A stretch of DNA of 64,000 nt from an uncultured Muribaculaceae bacterium. GTDB taxonomy: Bacteria > Bacillota_I > Bacilli_A > RF39 > UBA660. Shown piece by piece: positions 38,849 to 47,067 of the stretch (positions within the stretch are counted from its first letter, which is position 1; every line of letters starts with the position of its first letter). The stretch is from positions 3,816 to 67,815 of the forward strand of contig CAZVUP010000001.1 of NCBI GenBank assembly GCA_964630365.1, given 5' to 3'. A program made the position numbers and the translations under genes. The notes under the pieces were generated by a model, which was not told the DNA's origin, searched no databases, and saw nothing but the letters and a program-made list of their open reading frames with translations.

Positions 38849-39768
38849 TACTCCACAACTCTTTTTATTTCTTTTAATATTCTCCTATATCCATCTTCAT
38901 TAAGATAAATACCATTTTCCGTATAATCTTCCTTTAATTCATCATTATCACTTATAAATGAATAAACATCTAAATAATTAACATCTTTCTCCTCAACAAG
39001 TCCTTCAATTTTTTTATTCAAAGAACTTATTAATTCATTATCAATACCATCATCTAAAATATCATCATCAAAATCATCAACATTTTTATTTATAGGATAA
39101 ATAGATTCAACATATATCTTAGCATATGGTCTATTTTCTTTTATTCCATCAATTATTTTTCCAAGGTTTTCTATAAGTTCATCTTCAGATTTGCCATCAT
39201 TTAAATCATTTATACCTAACTGAAGGAATACAATCGATGGATTATATAAATAAATCTTATTTTTCATATCATCCAAAATATCATCAGTAGTATAATGATC
39301 ATCTGCTTCTTTTACATAATGATAATCAACATCATCAAAAGAAAACTTTTCAGTATAAAAATCACCCACAAACAAATAATTATCATCTATTATTTTTTCA
39401 GGTTCCTTTTCTTTCTCTTCTACAACAATTTTCTCTTCACTTTTTTCTTTTTCAGTAGATTTAAAAAAGTTATGCTTTACCAAAAAAACAATTATTATAA
39501 CAATTACAAATAATGTACCTAATAAATAGAAAAAATGTTTAATTAAATCCCAATTAATATTCGAATGTTTTTTTTCTTTATAAAATTTCTCTTTTGATAC
39601 CTTAGAACTCTTAATTTTTTTATCTAATCTACCCTCTAAAAAACTAGTATCTAAACTATCATAATCATTAAGACGATCTTTATCAATCCTAATTCTCGTT
39701 GTCTGCTCTAATTCTTTCTTACTTTTTCTAGCTTTATTATCGTTATAAGGTTTACTACTTTTTGCCAT
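38848..39768 (-). CDS. Membrane-anchored SGNH/GDSL-like protein with a substituted catalytic triad
   Basis: Block III LGINDL is present. Block I reads VGDFY (Ser to Phe). Block V reads NGIYLNEDGY (Asp to Asn, His to Tyr). Confidence 0.55.
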   Translation of the reverse strand: MAKSSKPYNDNKARKSKKELEQTTRIRIDKDRLNDYDSLDTSFLEGRLDKKIKSSKVSKEKFYKEKKHSNINWDLIKHFFYLLGTLFVIVIIIVFLVKHNFFKSTEKEKSEEKIVVEEKEKEPEKIIDDNYLFVGDFYTEKFSFDDVDYHYVKEADDHYTTDDILDDMKNKIYLYNPSIVFLQLGINDLNDGKSEDELIENLGKIIDGIKENRPYAKIYVESIYPINKNVDDFDDDILDDGIDNELISSLNKKIEGLVEEKDVNYLDVYSFISDNDELKEDYTENGIYLNEDGYRRILKEIKRVVE

Positions 39769-39830
39769 ACAATCAACCACTTTCTACATCATTAACATTA
39801 TAGCAAATTATTAATAGATAAAAAAGATAA

Positions 39831-39861
39831 AAAAGAAAAAACGTATGAATTTTCATACGTT
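39831..39861 (-). terminator. Terminator after the 559-aa cargo gene
   Basis: ACGTATGA/TCATACGT stem followed by a T-run. Same sequence as the hairpin at 41624-41653. Confidence 0.7.
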
Positions 39862-41539
39862 AAGCCAATGGATAAATTTGATAGGGATTAGAACTACTCC
39901 CATTACCTTCTATAATTATTGTATTAGGATCTAAATACAATGTCGGCCAAATGTTAAAAGCAGAAGATACATTACTATAATTAGCAGATGAATTATTAAC
40001 AATATACCAAGCATTGGTTGCACCACTTTGTCCAGGAGTTATTGTCCATGTTGAATTGTTACTTTTTATCCAAGAAGAATTGGCACATGAAGTATATAAG
40101 GCCATCCAATATATTTGATGATTACAATTTGATAAATCTGCACTATAATAATAATCCGTTGGATACATTAATGCCACTTTTCCAGTCCAAGAAGTATCAT
40201 TACCACTATAAATAGATCCATTTCCATGCTCATAATAATACATATCACTAATCGAAACAAGAGCCAAATTTGGACTTGTAAAATATAAAGTTTCATCAGT
40301 AATGAAATTTCTTGTATCATCATTTTGCAAACCAGTAGTAGTAAAATCACAGTTTGATGTTGCAGCATTATCACCACTATAACACTTACCAGAAGCAGCA
40401 TTCCAATACAAACTACCACCAACACTAGCAGTTTCAAAACCAGAATTCAAAAGCTTATTGGCAGCAGATGTTTTCCAATTATTTGTCGAAGTGTCCCAAG
40501 AGTACTGACCAATAGGTGATTCTCTAAGTAATTTCACTTTACCGCCAAATACTCCTATTATCCGCCATTTTTCACAAGTACTATCACTTTGATTATCATA
40601 GTCCTGGCAATTAAAGTATATATAGTTACTAGGATTAGTGCCATAGTATCTTAAGTCTCCACCATTAGCACTATTTGCTCTACCACCAAACCTGTCATTA
40701 ATAATACCTAAAGATGTAGCTCTATTATATGTGTAATTGCCATTTTTAACCGTATTTATAACAGGATTTGCATAAATACCACTATAAAGTCCATCATCTA
40801 TATATCGGCTTAATGGCCAAAATTTTATTGTCACATCTGATTCTACACTATCTATTTTTACATATCTCTCCTTAATATTATATTGTGATCCAGCTACAGT
40901 ATAATTGTCAGTATTCGTAAAAGTTATACTGGCTCCACCAATTGGCACTCCAGATTGTATAAACTCCATATGATTCATTGCATATGTTTTATAATTATTT
41001 CCTCGAGGAGCATTTACATAGGTAATTGTATGATATCCTCGAAAATCAAATTCTAATAATAAATCAAAAGTTGTGTTATTCGCATCATATGCTCCATCAG
41101 CATATTTCATAGTAATATTAAATGTTTTTACTGCGCCTAAACTACATTTACTACTGTTATTATCATCACATAATGGTTCTGTCATTTGATAATTAGACAC
41201 TTCACAAACTAAATTACTAGGACAACCAGTAATTTCAGCAATTCCCATATTTTGATTTCCAATATTTGTAACTTCAACTGTATAAGTAACTGTTGAATCA
41301 GAATTAGGTAAAGAAAAATTTGGCGTAATATTATTAACATTATAATCTTCACTTATAGCTAACCCATCACTAGTACTACCATTAGGAGTAATATTAGTTA
41401 TACGTATATCTTTAATAATTCTTATTTGAGCACCTAAATCTCTCATCATCAAATTTCTATTCATTGCTGAAAAACCAACACTTATAGAAACTACAATAAG
41501 AAACACATAAATATAAACATACTTTATAAAATGCTTCAT
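39860..41539 (-). CDS. Secreted cargo protein 2 (shared leader/TasA-like N-module plus adhesin-like C-terminal half)
   Basis: Leader ...VGFSAMNRNLMMRDLG. N-module STVTYTVEVTNIGN. C-half CEKWRIIGVFGGKVKLL...W.TSAANKLLN...WTITPG...WPTLYL (the pattern I recall as DUF6273-like). Paralog of 41652-43334. Confidence 0.6.
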   Translation of the reverse strand: MKHFIKYVYIYVFLIVVSISVGFSAMNRNLMMRDLGAQIRIIKDIRITNITPNGSTSDGLAISEDYNVNNITPNFSLPNSDSTVTYTVEVTNIGNQNMGIAEITGCPSNLVCEVSNYQMTEPLCDDNNSSKCSLGAVKTFNITMKYADGAYDANNTTFDLLLEFDFRGYHTITYVNAPRGNNYKTYAMNHMEFIQSGVPIGGASITFTNTDNYTVAGSQYNIKERYVKIDSVESDVTIKFWPLSRYIDDGLYSGIYANPVINTVKNGNYTYNRATSLGIINDRFGGRANSANGGDLRYYGTNPSNYIYFNCQDYDNQSDSTCEKWRIIGVFGGKVKLLRESPIGQYSWDTSTNNWKTSAANKLLNSGFETASVGGSLYWNAASGKCYSGDNAATSNCDFTTTGLQNDDTRNFITDETLYFTSPNLALVSISDMYYYEHGNGSIYSGNDTSWTGKVALMYPTDYYYSADLSNCNHQIYWMALYTSCANSSWIKSNNSTWTITPGQSGATNAWYIVNNSSANYSNVSSAFNIWPTLYLDPNTIIIEGNGSSSNPYQIYPLA

Positions 41540-41623
41540 GTTATCCTCCGCTTACAAATATTTTGTGTACAATTTTGTATTCAAATAAATTGTAGCAAAA
41601 ATATCAATAACATACAATATAAA

Positions 41624-41653
41624 AAGAAAAAAACGTATGAATTTTCATACGTT
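41624..41653 (-). terminator. Terminator after the 560-aa cargo gene
   Basis: Identical ACGTATGA/TCATACGT hairpin and T-run. Confidence 0.7.
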
Positions 41654-43334
41654 ATGCTAGAGGGTATATTTTATAAGGTTTAGCATTTGTACCTTCACCA
41701 TCTATAAATATTGTATTAGCATATAAATACATTGTAGGAAGTACTGAATATCCTTCATAAACATCATTATAATTAGCTTTACTAGAAGATTCAACAATCC
41801 ACATATTACCTGTACCACTATACCCAGGGGTAGTAACCCACATTTTATTACTTTGTTTCATCCACGATGTATTAGCACATCCTGTTCCTAACCAATAAAT
41901 ATTAGCCGTACAATTACTTAAATTAGCACTATAATAATAGTCAGTTGCATAAGGGAGCATAACTTTTCCAGTCCATGATCTTTCAGCACCATTTCTTAAA
42001 CTTCCATTATTATGTTCTTGATAATACATATCACTTATAGATAAAAGAGCATTTTGAGGACCGGTAAAGTAAACGGTTTCATCTGATATAAAATCTTTTG
42101 TATCCCCATCTCTTAAACCATTACTTGTAAAACTACAATCAACTTGTTTAACACTTTGAAAAAGCCCAGCCTCAGTTGTATAACATTTACCACTACTACG
42201 ATTCCAATATAAACTGTTATTAACACTTTCACCACTATACCCTGAATTTAAAAGCTTTCTCATTGCTGATGTTGACCAAACATTACTACTTGGATCATAA
42301 GAAAAAGTCCCAATACTTGTTGTATTAATAATCTTAACTTTACCATTAAAAACACCTATTATTCGCCACTTTTCACAAGTACTATCTGATTGATTAGAAT
42401 AATCACTACAATTATAGTAAATATAATTATTAGCACTTGTTCCATAATATCTGACATTTCCACCATCAGGATCACTTGCTCTACCACCTTCTCTATCATT
42501 AATAAGGCCTAAAGAGGTAACTCGATTATAAGTATAAGAAGAAGAGCCGATAGTACCTCCATTAGAAACCGTACTTTTAGCACCATCAGCATATAATTTA
42601 TTTATATATTCACCAAGTGGCCTAAATCTTATTGTTATATCAGAATTTACAGATGCTGCATTAATTGTTAATGTTTTGTTACTCAAAGAATAATTAGTAC
42701 CATTAACTAGTGTTCCTCCATCATTAGTAATAGACATTCCACCAGCTGGATCATATGCTTGAATAAAATTAATATTATCCATAGCATATGTCTTATAATT
42801 ATTTCCACGAGGAGCATTTACATAAGTAACTGTATGATATCCTCGAAAATCAAATTCTAATAATAAATCAAAATTTGTGTTATTAGCATCATATGCCCCA
42901 GATGCATATTTAACAGTAACATCAAAAGATTTTACTGCCCCTAATTTACATTTTCCACTAGTATCACAAATAGGCTCTGTCATAGTATATCCAGAAACCT
43001 CACATACTAAATTACTAGGACATCCTGTAACATTAGCTATTCCCATTTCTACATTTCCAAAATTAGTAACTTCAATTGTATAACTAACAGTTGAATCTTG
43101 ATTAGGTAAACTTAAACTTGGCGTTACATTACTAACATTATAATCTTCATTCATAGCTAACCCATTACTTGTACTACCGCTAGGAGTAATACCAGTAACT
43201 CTTATATCTTTCTCAATTCTTATTTGAGCACCAATATCACGCATCATTAAATTTTTATTCATTGCCGAAAAACCAATAGTAAGTGTCAGAACTAAAAACA
43301 AAATAACAAAAGGAACAAATTTAAATCTTTTCAT
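41652..43334 (-). CDS. Secreted cargo protein 1 (paralog of 39860-41539)
   Basis: Leader ...IGFSAMNKNLMMRDIG. Same domain order. Blocks such as FDLLLEFDFRGYHT.TYVNAPRGNNYKTYAM are identical between the copies. Confidence 0.6.
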   Translation of the reverse strand: MKRFKFVPFVILFLVLTLTIGFSAMNKNLMMRDIGAQIRIEKDIRVTGITPSGSTSNGLAMNEDYNVSNVTPSLSLPNQDSTVSYTIEVTNFGNVEMGIANVTGCPSNLVCEVSGYTMTEPICDTSGKCKLGAVKSFDVTVKYASGAYDANNTNFDLLLEFDFRGYHTVTYVNAPRGNNYKTYAMDNINFIQAYDPAGGMSITNDGGTLVNGTNYSLSNKTLTINAASVNSDITIRFRPLGEYINKLYADGAKSTVSNGGTIGSSSYTYNRVTSLGLINDREGGRASDPDGGNVRYYGTSANNYIYYNCSDYSNQSDSTCEKWRIIGVFNGKVKIINTTSIGTFSYDPSSNVWSTSAMRKLLNSGYSGESVNNSLYWNRSSGKCYTTEAGLFQSVKQVDCSFTSNGLRDGDTKDFISDETVYFTGPQNALLSISDMYYQEHNNGSLRNGAERSWTGKVMLPYATDYYYSANLSNCTANIYWLGTGCANTSWMKQSNKMWVTTPGYSGTGNMWIVESSSKANYNDVYEGYSVLPTMYLYANTIFIDGEGTNAKPYKIYPLA

Positions 43335-43440
43335 ATAATATCTCCCGAAACTTTGATAGTAAATAATTTTTACTAATCAAAAATTATAAATGCCAATTAT
43401 TATAATATCATAATAATTATAGCATTAGTTTCACTAACTG

Positions 43441-43470
43441 AAAAGAAAAAATGCATGAATTCCATGCATT
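43441..43470 (-). terminator. Terminator after the cassette-B accessory gene
   Basis: ATGCATG/CATGCAT stem followed by a T-run on the minus strand. Confidence 0.6.
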
Positions 43471-43504
43471 ATTCTAACGTATAAAATATAAAAAAAAGGA
43501 TAAA

Positions 43505-44968
43505 TTATTTATTACCCTCTTCTAAATCTACTTCTTTAATTGTTAATAAATATAATTCTTCTTCATGACTAATAAAGAAATAACACTTCTGATGCTTATT
43601 AACAACATAATACTTAATTGGTAATTTTAAATTATCACGTACATCTAATAATTCTTGAAATTTACCAACTTTAATAACATTAATATTATCATTAATAACA
43701 GGAGCTGTTTCAGTCTCAACAATCAAACGATCATATTCTTTTAAAACTTTAGAAACATATTTATCATAATTAGATTTTTTTACCAAAACATACCTGATTA
43801 ATCTAACCAGTTTAATTGTAAAATATATCATTCCAACAAAACAAATAATTGCTAAAAGTGCAAAGAAATAATTAGTAACTGCTAAATGTTCAGTAGCTAA
43901 AACCTGCTTATTTTCATTAACCTCTTTATAATCTAACTTAACACTAATAGCTTTTTCAGATAGTGGGATATTTATAAGCATCTCACTATTGCCTTGTATA
44001 GGATATTTTACATCATATTTACTATTATCTTGTCTTACTCTAAAATAAACAAATAAATTACTCTTTGTCTCAAGACCATAACTAGTTCTAAAATTATTAG
44101 CTAAAGCATTATAGTAATTATAATCAATATTTATACTTTTTCTAATATTATGAGAAGAACTATTGCCAACCTTTTCTGTTACTGGTTCTTGTAAAACATA
44201 TTCTTTTTCAAAAAATAGATTTTTTTCACTATTATCAGTAATTTGAAGCTTAGCAACTATATCATATGTTAAATCAAGATCAACCATCTTATCAATATTA
44301 AAATTATAATCAAAATCTACATTAATATGATCAATAAGATTAGCTACATATAACATGTCTTTTCCTAAGTGATCCGTTTCATAGAAATTATTCTCTTTTA
44401 AATAAACTTGATAATCTAAGTTACTTTTTTCATTATAACTAATTGCATCACCATTAATTGTTGAAAAAGATTTTAGAATAAAGAATAAAGTCAAACCAAA
44501 TGATAATAATAACAATACTACCATTTTTCCTACACGATATTCATAACTAACATATTTTCCTTCATTTGGAATATGATTTTCAACTTTAGTTACATTTCCA
44601 CTATCTTGAAGTTTATTACTAGTATCAACACTTTCTTTTTCAGCTATTTGTTCAGATATCTCTGCAAGACTATCATCATTTGAAACAACATCATTAGAAT
44701 CCGGACTAAATGCATTAATAGACTCTTTTATCTGTCTTACTAAATCTTCAGATGTAATAGTTTCATCCATATAATCATCAACAATTTTATCAACATCTAA
44801 ATTGTTTTCGCTGGAATTCATATCAATTTCTTCAAGAGCTTTATTTATCTCTTTAACAAGATCTTCAGAACTCATAGTCTTTTCCAGTTCGTCATCTTTT
44901 CTAAGTGTCTCTTCAAGAGAATTCAACAATTCATTTGTCTGTTTCTTTTTTTTCTTGTGCCTAGACAT
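43505..44968 (-). CDS. Bitopic accessory membrane protein B (DUF5305-like) with an acidic cytoplasmic N-extension
   Basis: NEKSNLDYQVYLKENNFYETDHLGKDMLYVANLIDHINVDFDY aligns with 49406-50434. Order is TM, about 200-aa ectodomain, TM, cytoplasmic tail. ATG 44968 with GGGAGG upstream. Confidence 0.55.
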   Translation of the reverse strand: MSRHKKKKKQTNELLNSLEETLRKDDELEKTMSSEDLVKEINKALEEIDMNSSENNLDVDKIVDDYMDETITSEDLVRQIKESINAFSPDSNDVVSNDDSLAEISEQIAEKESVDTSNKLQDSGNVTKVENHIPNEGKYVSYEYRVGKMVVLLLLSFGLTLFFILKSFSTINGDAISYNEKSNLDYQVYLKENNFYETDHLGKDMLYVANLIDHINVDFDYNFNIDKMVDLDLTYDIVAKLQITDNSEKNLFFEKEYVLQEPVTEKVGNSSSHNIRKSINIDYNYYNALANNFRTSYGLETKSNLFVYFRVRQDNSKYDVKYPIQGNSEMLINIPLSEKAISVKLDYKEVNENKQVLATEHLAVTNYFFALLAIICFVGMIYFTIKLVRLIRYVLVKKSNYDKYVSKVLKEYDRLIVETETAPVINDNINVIKVGKFQELLDVRDNLKLPIKYYVVNKHQKCYFFISHEEELYLLTIKEVDLEEGNK

Positions 44969-44985
44969 CCACAAAAGCCTCCCTT

Positions 44986-46113
44986 CTATAATTCATTTAA
45001 CCAAACAGTTGGCATTCCTATAAAAGGAATTTTATGATCAACTGTTCCTATTATCATATCTTCAGTTATTACCCAGTTATCTTCATCATCATTACTATCA
45101 CCTTTACTATAGAAATAATATTTACCATTATCCTCTATAATATTAACTAAACGATGAACAATAATAACTCCCTCATATCTATAAGCAATTACTTGACCAG
45201 GTTTTAATTTCCCTATATGCTTATCGATCTTTTCAATAATAACTACATCACCTCGAGAAATATTAGGTTCCATACTACCACTTGCTATCGCAATTGCATA
45301 ATAATGGAAATAACCCGAAGTAAAATATACTAATACTATTGTCAACAAAACAGGCACAATATATGCACCTAAAAGCTTTTTATTATAATTTCTAGTTAAG
45401 AATTCATCATAATCTTTTGATAAAAATTTATGAACTCTAAATAAGAAACCAATAGGTAACAATAATTGAATAATAGATGTCAAATATTCATCTGGATTAG
45501 GTATTATTGGAAATACATAACGATATAGTCCAATTACTAAAGCAAAGAAAATTATAGGCTTATAACCAATTTTTAATGTTAAATAACAATAAACAATATT
45601 GCTTGCTATGACTGGTAATAAAGTCAATGCTATAAATATAAAGACTTTATAATTTGAAGAAAAATCAGATGCAGTAATTGCTACTGTAATATCTAAAAAT
45701 ATAAATAGCAACCAAGTCATTACATATAAAAGCCTATTACCTTCAGCTTTAGACATAATCATATAACGAAGTATTTCTTTTAAAACAATAGTAAAAGTTA
45801 TTGGTAATATAAATGTTTTTAATCCATATAAATTATAATAGCCATCAACTTTTGCAAAGCTTATAAAGATTCCCAAAAGATAAAACAAAATAAAGAATAT
45901 TATCAAATAAATAATAGTATCTAAAATAACATCTTTCGCATATCTATGTTTATCTTTTTCAAAACCAAATAAAAATTTAAAAGCTATAAGAACTACTATA
46001 AGAAATAATAACATTTTATATCCTGATAATATATTCCATACAAAACTATTTAGAATCAAGAATAAAAAAATTAGTACTTCAAAAGTCAATAAACGACTAT
46101 ACCCCTTTTTCAT
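44986..46113 (-). CDS. Polytopic membrane domain fused to a SipW-type (ER-type S26) signal peptidase, copy B
   Basis: About 250 aa with about 7 TMs, then IASGSMEP (Ser), IVHRLV (His), SKGDSNDDEDN, IPFIGMPTVWLNE. Confidence 0.7.
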   Translation of the reverse strand: MKKGYSRLLTFEVLIFLFLILNSFVWNILSGYKMLLFLIVVLIAFKFLFGFEKDKHRYAKDVILDTIIYLIIFFILFYLLGIFISFAKVDGYYNLYGLKTFILPITFTIVLKEILRYMIMSKAEGNRLLYVMTWLLFIFLDITVAITASDFSSNYKVFIFIALTLLPVIASNIVYCYLTLKIGYKPIIFFALVIGLYRYVFPIIPNPDEYLTSIIQLLLPIGFLFRVHKFLSKDYDEFLTRNYNKKLLGAYIVPVLLTIVLVYFTSGYFHYYAIAIASGSMEPNISRGDVVIIEKIDKHIGKLKPGQVIAYRYEGVIIVHRLVNIIEDNGKYYFYSKGDSNDDEDNWVITEDMIIGTVDHKIPFIGMPTVWLNEL

Positions 46114-46153
46114 GCTATCCTCCTAAATAATCTTGTTAAAATACATTATAGTA

Positions 46154-46180
46154 GGCACAACCGACATAGTCGATTGCGCC
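46154..46180 (-). promoter_or_regulatory. GC-rich intercistronic stem-loop between the TasA-like B and peptidase B genes
   Basis: 11-bp stem. It is perfect (with two G-U pairs) only in the minus-strand RNA and has two mismatches on the plus strand. The downstream sequence is only weakly U-rich. Confidence 0.4.
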
Positions 46181-46201
46181 ATCTATAAAAAATTCTAAGT
46201 A

Positions 46202-46855
46202 TTAATCTACAGAACCATATAGTAAAGAAACATCACCAAAAGCTACAGTGAAATCACCATCAGCTCTATCTCCACCTTCAGCATAAGTAATAGTTACTAC
46301 AACATCTTCACTAGCACCAACTGCTAATGCATGACTAGATATTGAACCATTTGATGAAGTATATGCAGATCCATCACCAACTTTAACACTGATAGAAATA
46401 TCATCACAAGCAGCGGTAACTAAAGCAGCAGTTGTTCCATTACCTGGAGTACAAACTTTAGCAGCAGCAGGACTAGAACCATTAACATTATTAAATGTTA
46501 CTCCATTTAAATAAGCTTGTAATTCACCAGTATTCTTAGCCTTAAAAGTATAAGTAGCAGTTTGTCCTGGTGCAGTAAAATTAGCTTTTAAACCAGTGAT
46601 ATCATGGTCACTATTGTTAATAGTAGCAGTATCAGCAGTAAAACCACTTGCTGGAGATAATGTTGGAGTTACAGAAGTACCATTTTCAGTACTATTAGTA
46701 AATACAACATTGAAAGTATTTTGATCAGGGCTAACAGCAGCACTAGACTTAATATTCAAAGTTTGAGAAAATGCTGCAAAACCTAATGATAAACCTCCAA
46801 CAGCTAACAATAAAGCAACAATTGCCATAACTTGAGCTCTTCTATTTTTTTCCAT
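46202..46855 (-). CDS. TasA/camelysin-like secreted protein B (candidate major subunit)
   Basis: Leader ...LSLGFAAFSQTLNIKSS (compare TasA GGTWAAFNDIKS). Ala/Thr/Ser/Gly-rich beta module with PGQTATYTFKAKNTGEL. AGGAGGTG RBS. Confidence 0.6.
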   Translation of the reverse strand: MEKNRRAQVMAIVALLLAVGGLSLGFAAFSQTLNIKSSAAVSPDQNTFNVVFTNSTENGTSVTPTLSPASGFTADTATINNSDHDITGLKANFTAPGQTATYTFKAKNTGELQAYLNGVTFNNVNGSSPAAAKVCTPGNGTTAALVTAACDDISISVKVGDGSAYTSSNGSISSHALAVGASEDVVVTITYAEGGDRADGDFTVAFGDVSLLYGSVD

Positions 46856-46980
46856 AGATTACACCTCCTTTTCCTTATTTCAAGCATATGATGACATTTC
46901 TTTTATTCTTTTTAGAGAGATAACAATCCCCATATCATGTACTTTCAATACATACCTATTGTCATATGCTATCTATGAAA

Positions 46981-47009
46981 ATTCTAACATCAAAAGCAGT
47001 AAAAATCAA
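46981..47009 (-). promoter_or_regulatory. Candidate sigma-A promoter of cassette B
   Basis: TTGATT, 17 nt, (TGt)TAGAAT on the minus strand. Confidence 0.4.
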
Positions 47010-47034
47010 GTGTATACAAATAATTTTTATATGC

Positions 47035-47066
47035 AAAAAAACTTTACAAATTTTTTGTAAAGTTTT
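47035..47066 (-). terminator. Terminator ending cassette A
   Basis: AACTTTACAAA/TTTGTAAAGTT palindrome immediately after the stop codon, with T-rich flanks. Confidence 0.6.
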
Positions 47067-47067
47067 C

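Noticed and set aside
44946-44953. Homopolymer runs (T8/A8 here, and A-runs at 59946-59965) as slipped-strand phase-variation switches
   Set aside because: They encode Lys tracts (KKKKK) of membrane-proximal segments. Comparable runs are frequent throughout this AT-rich window, so there is no specific evidence for length variation.
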